Shown here: positions 1 to 6,918 of the stretch, in pieces
Position numbering within the stretch: the first letter of the stretch is position 1
Layout of the letters: the number at the start of each line of letters is the position of its first letter
Origin: a virus
Taxonomy: Duplodnaviria > Heunggongvirae > Uroviricota > Caudoviricetes
Virus record (IMG/VR): IMGVR_UViG_648276647_000011
Reading direction: 5' to 3' (one strand)
Length of the DNA: 8,509 bases
Program-made: the position numbers and the translations under genes
Notes under the pieces: generated by a model
The model's input: the letters and a program-made list of their open reading frames with translations, nothing else
What the model was told of the DNA's origin: nothing
Database searches by the model: none

Positions 1-1053
1 ATGACGTTACCACTAAGAGATTACTATCCTATTGAGCGCGCGGCAAAGTTATTAGACTGCGATATTGACGATCTTATTCATTGGGCTGTGACAGGCTGCA
101 TTCGTATTTGTATAAAAATTGAATCTGCATATGGAGTATTAAATATCCCAGATGAAAAAGATGTGGTTAATTTCGATTGTCTGCGTAAGTTTATGGATTC
201 AGAACCGTGTAAATCACGGTTATCTGACCTTGATGCCATTTCAGAAAGGGCGGCAGAACACCATGGTTTTAATTATATAAAAACCAAGTCGAGAATTATA
301 TTTGATTCAATGTGCGAATCTCTAAGTCATTCATATGTAGCGCCCAAATTTGGTGACATGGCAATTGATACTGCATTTGCTTTGTTAAATTATTATAACA
401 GGGGGTTATATTATGGGGAGAATTATCACATATATAGTGTATATCGAATAGCAACGGATGAAAGAGCTGTGGCAGTTGTGCCACCAGTATTTAAAGATAT
501 TCAAGAAAAATACCATAAGTATTTTGTTGAAATAGGCGGCATTTTCGCTTTGGGGGGAAGTTTTTTTGCCAACTATGATTTTAATAAGAAGTTTAAAGCC
601 AACCGAATAATTAATAGCAATATTATAATTGCTTCTGACGTTGATATACATATAGGACTAATTGTTACTGAGGATGTTTCTTTTGATATTGGTGATTTAT
701 ATATCTTAAAGAATGATTTTTTAAAAATACAAAATGCTACAAACTCCAATAGCGAGTTAAGAAAAGATTATGTTAATCCATTGGCAGACACTTTATATTT
801 GTGTGCGGGTAACAATATATTAAGTTCTGAGGATGGAGAGAAAGATATATGCACCAATAAAAACAATATAGAACGATTATCTAAAACAATGAAGGATTTT
901 TTTCGTGCGATGCTTGTTATTCATTATAAAGAACTCGAAAACAATCCGGTAAAACTTGCTGATATATTGACCGCGGAAGCAAGAGAGGCAGGACTCAATA
1001 TGCGCTTTGATAAAAGTACTATATCAAGATGGATTAAGGCATCATCTCAGTAA
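1..1053 (+). CDS. hypothetical protein, 350 aa; AT-rich accessory gene with HTH-like segments at both termini and a possible nucleotidyltransferase-like GS...SDxDh motif in the middle (unverified)
   Basis: Uninterrupted ATG-to-TAA frame 1-1053. The ATG is the first base of the window, so the upstream RBS and promoter cannot be inspected. By eye the DNA is much more AT-rich than genes from 1149 onward. N-terminal YPIERAAKLLDCDIDDLIHW and C-terminal KSTISRWIK resemble helix-turn-helix segments. Residues 185-218 read GGSFF...IIIASDVDIHI (nt 553-654). No family recognised. Confidence 0.6.
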   Translation: MTLPLRDYYPIERAAKLLDCDIDDLIHWAVTGCIRICIKIESAYGVLNIPDEKDVVNFDCLRKFMDSEPCKSRLSDLDAISERAAEHHGFNYIKTKSRIIFDSMCESLSHSYVAPKFGDMAIDTAFALLNYYNRGLYYGENYHIYSVYRIATDERAVAVVPPVFKDIQEKYHKYFVEIGGIFALGGSFFANYDFNKKFKANRIINSNIIIASDVDIHIGLIVTEDVSFDIGDLYILKNDFLKIQNATNSNSELRKDYVNPLADTLYLCAGNNILSSEDGEKDICTNKNNIERLSKTMKDFFRAMLVIHYKELENNPVKLADILTAEAREAGLNMRFDKSTISRWIKASSQ

Positions 1054-1148
1054 GACCAGCAAGCATCTTAATAAGACCTTTAATACTTGCTTTCAAAACT
1101 CCGTAAAACAAAAATCTCCCCCGAAAGTTCAGAAACATAGGGGGAAAT

Positions 1149-1469
1149 ATGACTCAATCCGCATTCATTCCACCAACTCCAGAACAGCGTCGCACCATAC
1201 TCGCCGAGTATGGTTTTGACTGCGAAGAACGCATCAGGGAAGAGAAGTGTAAAAAGATGACCACGCTTTCACGCTCCCGGCGCTGGGAACTGGAGAAGAT
1301 CGGCGCTTTTCCTCCCCGTCACTCTTTGGGGCGTTGTTCATGTACCTGGCTGTTAAGTGATGTTTTGTGGTGGCTACGTAATCCGCCAGTTATTGCCAAA
1401 GTGAATAACCCGTACGAAAACGCCAAAAAGAAAAGGGAGAGAGAATCCGGTAGCGCCAGAGTTGAATAA
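1149..1469 (+). CDS. alpA: AlpA-family phage regulatory protein (Vis/excisionase-like), 106 aa, with a ~35-aa N-terminal extension
   Basis: ATG at 1149 preceded by SD-like GGGGGA (1140-1145). C-terminal half LSRSRRWELEKIGAFPPRHSLGRCSCTWLLSDVLWWL matches the AlpA pattern (LSRST.Y.L...G.FP.P..LG.R.V.W..SEV..W) from memory. An internal ATG at 1257 is an alternative start. Confidence 0.7.
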   Translation: MTQSAFIPPTPEQRRTILAEYGFDCEERIREEKCKKMTTLSRSRRWELEKIGAFPPRHSLGRCSCTWLLSDVLWWLRNPPVIAKVNNPYENAKKKRERESGSARVE

Positions 1470-1569
1470 GCGTTGGTGGTTTATTGCGTCCATCACTGGG
1501 TGGCAAAACTTACTGATCTGAACGTATTGCTACATGTGGGGGAAGGAGGCCAAGTACTGACAGCAGAGC

Positions 1570-1600
1570 AAAAAAAAGAAGCTCGCTAAAGCCAGCGAGC
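1570..1600 (-). terminator. intrinsic terminator oriented for minus-strand transcription
   Basis: Stem GCTCGCT (1581-1587), loop AAAGCC, stem AGCGAGC (1594-1600). On the + strand it is preceded by an A-run (1570-1578), which on the minus strand is a U-tract immediately 3' of the hairpin. There is no U-tract after the hairpin on the + strand. Confidence 0.45.
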
Positions 1601-1660
1601 CAACCAGTCAAGGATGTGCATTTAATGCACCTAAAGTCAGCAATAAGAAGTAATAGGCAG
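1570..1660 (-). ncRNA. candidate small RNA (~90 nt) on the minus strand in the alpA-icd intergenic region
   Basis: Minus-strand promoter-like elements: -35 TTGATT (1694..1689), 17-bp spacer, -10 CATAAT (1671..1666). An internal palindromic hairpin GTGCAT-TTA-ATGCAC lies at 1616-1630 and the terminator at 1570-1600. There is no minus-strand ORF here. Purely sequence-based prediction. Confidence 0.3.
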
Positions 1661-2016
1661 AAATGATTATGGCTTTTTTACTCTTTAAAATCAATCACTC
1701 AGCGCAAGTGAGCAAAAATAATGTGCAATATTGCTTGACTCGCTTTTTTGTCATGGCGTATCGTTTGCCCGCACCTCATAAAGCGGGTGCCGGGTTTAGC
1801 AGCCTGAACAATCAAGCGGGTAGCCGCTATATTTCCGTAATGCGGTTTTTTTGTGCCCGTAATTCCACCCTACCCCGTATTATGGCGGGGCGTAATGGGG
1901 GAGCCTTTGCGCTCGCTGGTTCCTTGATTGCCAGTCTGCTAACCCTGTTACGTCCCGCCACCATGTTTAGCAGCGTGCTGGCGAGACTCCGTAAACTTAA
2001 TCAAGGAGCCGCCAAA

Positions 2017-2190
2017 ATGGCTATATCAACACGCCCTGATTTTATCTGGCGCTTTATGCAGTGCCACGGTAAAAATATTCGCCTTCATACCGTTACCGCT
2101 GCCAGTGAGCGCGAAGCGCGCGCCATGCTTCCGGCATCCCGTCTGGTCTTTGTTGCCCGTATCCGTGTCCGGGAGGCGTGCCATGTTTAA
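2017..2190 (+). CDS. small protein, 57 aa, Icd-like (resembles the host cell-division-inhibitor Icd-like family common in P4-like prophages)
   Basis: ATG 2017 preceded by AGGAG (2004-2008). Sequence MAISTRPDFIWRFMQCHGKNIRLHTVTAASEREARAMLPASRLVFVARIRVREACHV; the ...ASEREAR...L.F.AR.RV motif is recalled from Icd-like proteins. The 5' part of the 175-aa track ORF (1663-2016) is treated as non-coding. Confidence 0.45.
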   Translation: MAISTRPDFIWRFMQCHGKNIRLHTVTAASEREARAMLPASRLVFVARIRVREACHV

Positions 2191-2365
2191 GCTCCTTATC
2201 ACCCTGATTAACTACCAGAACGGCGACGTTCGCCAGATGATTCATTCCTGGGAATATCCGACTTATGACGATGCATGGCGTGATGCCTGTCGTATGGCAT
2301 ATTCCCGCAATGACAAACAGGGGCGATTAACCCATAAATGCGCAGTAAAAATCATGGAGGGGTAA
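2183..2365 (+). CDS. hypothetical protein, 60 aa
   Basis: ATG 2183 preceded by GGGAGG (2171-2176). Its start overlaps the stop of the Icd-like gene by 8 nt. Track ORF 2105-2365 trimmed to the RBS-supported start. Confidence 0.5.
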   Translation: MFKLLITLINYQNGDVRQMIHSWEYPTYDDAWRDACRMAYSRNDKQGRLTHKCAVKIMEG

Positions 2366-2367
2366 CG

Positions 2368-2556
2368 ATGTACGAGATTCATATTAAATTGCGTAATGTG
2401 GTAACAGGAGAGGAAGAAAACTTCCACACGATACGTAAATATAAATCAAAAGGAAAAGCGGCAAGGGACGCTATCAGGTATACGGAAGAAATTGCGCCGA
2501 AATATCAATTGCCAGAAGAAGAACTCACAGCATCAGTGGTAAAGGTGAAGAAATGA
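2368..2556 (+). CDS. hypothetical protein, 62 aa, lysine-rich
   Basis: ATG 2368 lies 2 nt after the upstream TAA (2363-2365), with GGAGGGG at 2357-2363. Track ORF 2338-2556 trimmed. Confidence 0.5.
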   Translation: MYEIHIKLRNVVTGEEENFHTIRKYKSKGKAARDAIRYTEEIAPKYQLPEEELTASVVKVKK

Positions 2557-2771
2557 AAAGCCGTTCAATATCCCGTAAAAATAATGGCAGTGGTGAAAAA
2601 CGTTTCTTTGTGTTGGGTTATGCCGTTAATAAACGTGGGTTAACCAAACATGCACATGCAACGGTATACGGAACGGGACCGGGCGAAGCCATACGCCGCG
2701 CAGCCGAAGGGCTGGAAGAGCTGGGAATGACACATTTCAAAGCGTTGAAGGTGACGCAGCTTTCCGCCTGA
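2553..2771 (+). CDS. hypothetical protein, 72 aa
   Basis: ATG 2553 overlaps the upstream stop as ATGA (translational coupling). GGTGAAG purine-rich SD upstream. Confidence 0.5.
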   Translation: MKSRSISRKNNGSGEKRFFVLGYAVNKRGLTKHAHATVYGTGPGEAIRRAAEGLEELGMTHFKALKVTQLSA

Positions 2772-2838
2772 TTCCCGAACTACCAACTGATAACTGAATT
2801 AAATTTATATTTCGATCTTAACGGGTCGGGGAGTTTTT

Positions 2839-3138
2839 ATGTCTGAAAATCAGAATATCCGCAATATATACAAAAAAGAATACGCTGGTTTTTTCACGGA
2901 AGATTCCATTGAGAATCTTGAAGATGTAATAAATGTTATTGCACTCCTTTCAGCATTGACAGGTGAAATTAATACCAGTGAGAGAATGCCAGTGCAAATT
3001 AATGAAATGGAATCATTAACTAACATTCTTTATCGGGAATTACGAGCGATTAAGTCAGGAATGCATACTTCTGGCGGAATTTTTTCATGGCATAGTGCTG
3101 AAACCGCCGGGATTGCCAAAGCAATAAGTAACGAGTAA
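2839..3138 (+). CDS. hypothetical protein, 99 aa; AT-rich orphan gene immediately upstream of the primase
   Basis: ATG 2839 preceded by GGGGAG (2825-2830). Separated from the upstream operon by an AT-rich 67-bp spacer and followed by a hairpin terminator. Composition is clearly lower G+C than flanking genes. No recognisable motif. Confidence 0.6.
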   Translation: MSENQNIRNIYKKEYAGFFTEDSIENLEDVINVIALLSALTGEINTSERMPVQINEMESLTNILYRELRAIKSGMHTSGGIFSWHSAETAGIAKAISNE

Positions 3139-3140
3139 TT

Positions 3141-3180
3141 AATAAAAACCCCACTGCAAAAGGTGCAGTGGGGTGGAGTT
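3141..3180. terminator. bidirectional-looking intrinsic terminator; stronger in minus orientation
   Basis: 10-bp GC-rich stem CCCCACTGCA (3149-3158) / TGCAGTGGGG (3164-3173) with loop AAAGG. On the minus strand it is followed directly by TTTTTATT (reverse complement of 3141-3148). On the + strand the T-run (3176-3179) is separated from the stem and interrupted. Confidence 0.55.
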
Positions 3181-3186
3181 TTATAT

Positions 3187-5856
3187 ATGAAATCTGACAT
3201 CAGAAAAGAGATTATTAACCGTCTTATCCGTGATTACAACTTCAAAGAAGAAAATAACTACCTCCGGTATGGTGTTTGTCCGCAATGTGGAAAGAAAGAG
3301 TTGTTTACCAGCCTTGAAAGGCCGTACATCGTACACTGTGGGCGCGAAAATAAATGCGGTACAGACCTGCTGACCAAAGAACTTTACCCGGATGTGTTTT
3401 CATCATGGTCAGATCGTTATATCAGCACGAAAGACGAGCCATATGCAGCGGCGGCAGCTTATCTTCAGGAAGCGCGCAATATTGCTGTGGGGCCACTGAA
3501 GGGCGCATTTACTCAGGAGCGATACCAGGACAAGGAAAACGGCGAACAGGCCGCTACTGTGCGTTTTACGCTGGCTGACGGCGTGTGGTGGGAGCGCATC
3601 ATAGACCGGCCGGAACGTTTCGCGCGTAAGGCGAATTTTTCCGGCAGCTACAAGGGGTTGTGGTGGGCTTATCCGGGAGCTGATTTAAGCAAGGCCAACG
3701 AAATCTGGATTTGTGAGGGCATCTTTGATGCCATCAGCCTTAACCAGAATGGCATTGCAGCCGTTTCTGTCATGTCTGCCGTGAATTATCCTGATAAGGC
3801 GCTGGAAGAACTGGCAAAGCTGTGCGGAGATAATCCCCGTCCGGTTATTGTGTGGGCGCTGGATAACGGGCGTGCGGGTGAGCGTTACGCGAAAAAACAT
3901 TCAGAACGCAGCGCCGAAGATGGCTGGAGAACGGCGGCGGCGTTACCGGGTAAAAACAGCAATAAACGCGACTGGAATGATTTACACGTCGCCGGAAAGC
4001 TGCGTGGCCATGATGTGAAAAGATACCGTCATTACGGTGATTTATTGCTGGCGAAATCTCCGAGAGATAAGGCGCTGATAATATTTTCCTTTCGTGAGCG
4101 GAAGGAATTTCATTTTACTTTTGATAACCGTGTTTTCTGGTTCAAACTGGACATTGAGCGCTATATGAAGGCTGTTGAGCGTGCCAAGAATGAGCGAAAT
4201 GTTGATGAGGATGAAGCGCGCAAAATTGCACTTAAGGAATCTGGTGCAGTAAAAGAAATCGCAAACTGTAACCCAGCGCCGCTTTATTACATTCGAAATA
4301 ATGACACGGATGAAGCATGGTATTACTTCCGTGTTACGTTCCCGGATGGTGCTACGGTGAAAAACACCTTTACATCAGGACAATTAACATCCTCATCTGA
4401 ATTTAAAAAACGCCTGTTACACGTGGCAAAAGGCGGTATTTATACTGGAACGACTACGCAGCTTGACGCATTAATAAAAAATGACCTTCCCGCAATAAAA
4501 GAGGTTATTGGTCAGGATTTTATCGGATACAACAAGGCGATTGGGGCATGGCTGTTTAATGATATTGCTGTTTACAAGGGAAAAACTTATGAAATCAATG
4601 ACGAGGATTATTTTGAAATTGATGGCATAAACGCAAAACCATTAAGCGAAAAACCCACATTACAGATTAACTACAAAAAACCGGATGAGTTTACAGAGTC
4701 TTGGGTGGAAGATCTCTGGCTGGCTTTTGGTGAAAAGGGAATTATTACCCTGGCTTTCTGGTTGGGCTCCCTGTTCAGCGAACAAATCCGAGATAAAGAA
4801 GAATCCTTCCCCTTCCTTGAAGTCACCGGGGAGCCCGGAACGGGTAAATCAACATTGATTGATTTTTGCTGGCGGTTGTGCGGTCGTGACAACTATGAAG
4901 GCGTTGATCCAACCAAAGGATCAGAGGCGGGCTGGAAGCGTACCTTTGGACAGGTCGCCGGATTACCTGTTGTTCTGATTGAAGCGGACCGGGGAGACAA
5001 TGCGCAAAAAAGAGGTGCGTTTGACTTCGATAACCTGAAAAGTCTCTATAACGGCGGTGGTATCGGCGTTCGTGGTGTTAAGGCCAACAATAACAACACC
5101 TATGACCCGGATTTTAAGGGCGCTATCGTGATTGCGCAGAATGCGCGGGTAAACGCCTCTCCGGCAATTATTGAGCGCCTGATACGTATATACACCGATA
5201 AAAAACGCCATTCACCTGATACCCGCCTGGCGGCGAGACGGCTGGAACTTTACCCCGTCGAGAAGGTATCTGGGTTTATTCACCGAGCGGTAAGTCAGGA
5301 ACGGGCGATTATGCAAACGTTCCTAGAAGTATCTCCAGCTGAAACGGAACGCCTTTGCGGATGCGAAAATATTCGCCATCCCCGCATCGCTAAAAATCAC
5401 GCACAACTTATCGCGCTGGTCAGAGCGCTGAAATGCGTTATTGATATCCCGGATGAATGGCTTGATGCCACATGTCTGGAACTGGAACAAATGGCAACAG
5501 CGCAGGTTAAAGCGGCGGCGGCTGATTTACCGGAAGTGATGGAGTTCTGGGAGGCGTTCGACTTCCTGGACGGCATAACAAAATACGGTGTAAACCACTA
5601 CGGCAAGGGATGCCGTGAGGGGATTGCTATCAGTATTCCGCAACTGGCACAGGCTGCCGCCATTCACCGCGTGGAGATCCGAACTGACCGCGAAATGATT
5701 GAGTTGCTCGGAGCCGGACGTTCCCGACCTTTGACAGGCCGCAAAACCATTCGTAGTGAGGTGTCCAGACAGGCAAACGCCGGAAGAGGGGTCGCCGAGG
5801 CCAGAGAGCCGGAAGTACTGAAATGCCGGATATTCAGTTACAAGGAGGGGCGCTAA
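3187..5856 (+). CDS. phage/plasmid primase-helicase of the P4 alpha type: N-terminal zinc ribbon, TOPRIM primase, P-loop NTPase (helicase)
   Basis: Long ORF. Cys cluster CPQCG...HCGRENKCG (nt 3277-3360). TOPRIM-like ICEGIFDA (nt 3709-3732) and LDNGRAGE. Walker A GEPGTGKST (nt 4828-4854). ATG 3187 with SD GGTGGAG (3172-3178) is preferred over the track GTG at 3163, which lies inside the terminator stem. Confidence 0.88.
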   Translation: MKSDIRKEIINRLIRDYNFKEENNYLRYGVCPQCGKKELFTSLERPYIVHCGRENKCGTDLLTKELYPDVFSSWSDRYISTKDEPYAAAAAYLQEARNIAVGPLKGAFTQERYQDKENGEQAATVRFTLADGVWWERIIDRPERFARKANFSGSYKGLWWAYPGADLSKANEIWICEGIFDAISLNQNGIAAVSVMSAVNYPDKALEELAKLCGDNPRPVIVWALDNGRAGERYAKKHSERSAEDGWRTAAALPGKNSNKRDWNDLHVAGKLRGHDVKRYRHYGDLLLAKSPRDKALIIFSFRERKEFHFTFDNRVFWFKLDIERYMKAVERAKNERNVDEDEARKIALKESGAVKEIANCNPAPLYYIRNNDTDEAWYYFRVTFPDGATVKNTFTSGQLTSSSEFKKRLLHVAKGGIYTGTTTQLDALIKNDLPAIKEVIGQDFIGYNKAIGAWLFNDIAVYKGKTYEINDEDYFEIDGINAKPLSEKPTLQINYKKPDEFTESWVEDLWLAFGEKGIITLAFWLGSLFSEQIRDKEESFPFLEVTGEPGTGKSTLIDFCWRLCGRDNYEGVDPTKGSEAGWKRTFGQVAGLPVVLIEADRGDNAQKRGAFDFDNLKSLYNGGGIGVRGVKANNNNTYDPDFKGAIVIAQNARVNASPAIIERLIRIYTDKKRHSPDTRLAARRLELYPVEKVSGFIHRAVSQERAIMQTFLEVSPAETERLCGCENIRHPRIAKNHAQLIALVRALKCVIDIPDEWLDATCLELEQMATAQVKAAAADLPEVMEFWEAFDFLDGITKYGVNHYGKGCREGIAISIPQLAQAAAIHRVEIRTDREMIELLGAGRSRPLTGRKTIRSEVSRQANAGRGVAEAREPEVLKCRIFSYKEGR

Positions 5857-5858
5857 AC

Positions 5859-6862
5859 ATGCCGATCAGAAAGATGCATGATGGGCGGTGGCTGCTCGAT
5901 ATCAGGCCATGCGGACGTAAAGGGAAGCGCATCAGAAGAATATTTGACAAAAAATCGATAGCTACAGCAACTGAACGGTACATCATAGCGAACGCCGAAA
6001 AGCGCGAGTTTATACAGGGCTATCGTGACCGGAGAACGCTTAGCGATTTACTGGAATTGTGGTGGGTCTATCACGGTCAGCACAGGCGAAAGGCAAACAC
6101 GGATAAACAGCAGCTTGGCAAAATTATTAATGAGCTTGGAGCTGACATGTTTGCGGTGGAACTCGACAAATTAAAAATCATTGCATGGCGATCGCAGAAA
6201 ATTGCAGAAGGATTAAAGCCGTCCTCAGCAAACAGATACATGAACAGATTATCGGGGATGTTTACAGCCCTGAAAAAGATCGGTTTGTGGGATGCAGAGC
6301 ATCCGGTTCGTGGTATTCCTGTTCTTTATGTAAAGCAGCGGGAAATGGCCTTTTTATCAAAAAACGAGGTCACATTGTTGCTTGACGGGCTGAATGGAGA
6401 TCAACGAAGGGTTGCGCTCTTGTGTCTTTGTACCGGAGCCCGCTGGAGTGAGGCCAGCAGATTGTATGGAGAGCAAATAGTTCATAACAGAATAACGTTT
6501 CTGGAAACCAAAAACGGTAGAAAAAGAACGGTGCCTGTGTCGCAGGAAATATGCGATGCCGTAAAAACAAAAGAAACCGGGCGACTGTTTGATGTGAAGT
6601 ACAGAGAGTTTTGCCGGGCATTAAAAAAATAAAACCCGATTTACCGAGGGGGCAGGCTGCGCATGTATTGCGGCATACATTCGCCAGTCACTTTGTGATG
6701 AACGGTGGCAACATTCTTGCGCTACAAAAAATCCTTGGGCATGCGACAATTCAGCAGACTATGGCATACGCACATTTTGCACCGGATTATCTGGCAGATG
6801 CCATGAGATTTAACCCGGTAGCCAACATAGTGATCACCGAAGAAAAAGAGCCAGCAGAGTAA
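5859..6862 (+). pseudogene. int: tyrosine integrase, P2 Int-like, interrupted by a single-base frameshift at an A7 run (6623-6629); may be a pseudogene, a sequencing error or a recoding site
   Basis: Two consecutive ORFs (frame 0 5859-6632; frame 2 6611-6862) that together align without gaps to recalled P2 integrase (e.g. KPSSANRYMNRLSGMFTAL, CTGARWSEASRL, IKPDLPRGQAAHVLRHTFASHF, QTMAYAHFAPDY). Box II HxxR and the presumed catalytic Tyr (nt 6767-6769) are only in the second frame. ATG 5859 lies 2 nt after the primase stop, with AGGAGGGG at 5843-5850. Confidence 0.85.
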
Positions 6863-6891
6863 CCCGCAGAACGCTACATTCACAGCAAAAG

Positions 6892-6918
6892 AGGTCAGTT
6901 TCCCGCTGACCTTTTTTG
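6892..6918 (+). terminator. rho-independent terminator downstream of int
   Basis: Stem AGGTCAG (6892-6898), 7-nt loop, stem CTGACCT (6906-6912), followed by T-run 6912-6917. Confidence 0.75.

Noticed and set aside
296-651. Minus-strand ORFs 296-484 and 406-651 inside gene 1
   Set aside because: Antisense to a long ORF in AT-rich DNA. Hydrophobic, low-complexity translations typical of AT-rich antisense frames.
1007-1219. 70-aa + strand ORF spanning the gene1-alpA junction
   Set aside because: Overlaps two better-supported genes out of frame and has no RBS.
1663-2016. 5' two-thirds of the 175-aa track ORF (1663-2190)
   Set aside because: Low-complexity, oddly composed translation with no RBS at 1663. 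A strong SD precedes the internal ATG at 2017, which begins the recognisable Icd-like sequence. The segment also overlaps the predicted minus-strand promoter and sRNA region.
3163-3186. GTG start at 3163 for the primase (as in the ORF track)
   Set aside because: The GTG lies inside the terminator stem and has no upstream SD. ATG 3187 has a well-placed GGTGGAG. The assigned start is still only 0.6-0.7 confident.
4081-4700. Lower-GC stretch inside the primase gene as a separate insertion
   Set aside because: The reading frame is continuous and the segment corresponds to the linker between the TOPRIM and P-loop domains. Compositional drift within one gene is the simpler explanation.
3354-5211. 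Internal and antisense ORFs within the primase gene (3354-3578 +, 3685-3900 -, 4671-4892 -, 4963-5211 -)
   Set aside because: All lie within or antisense to the 889-aa primase frame and lack independent support.
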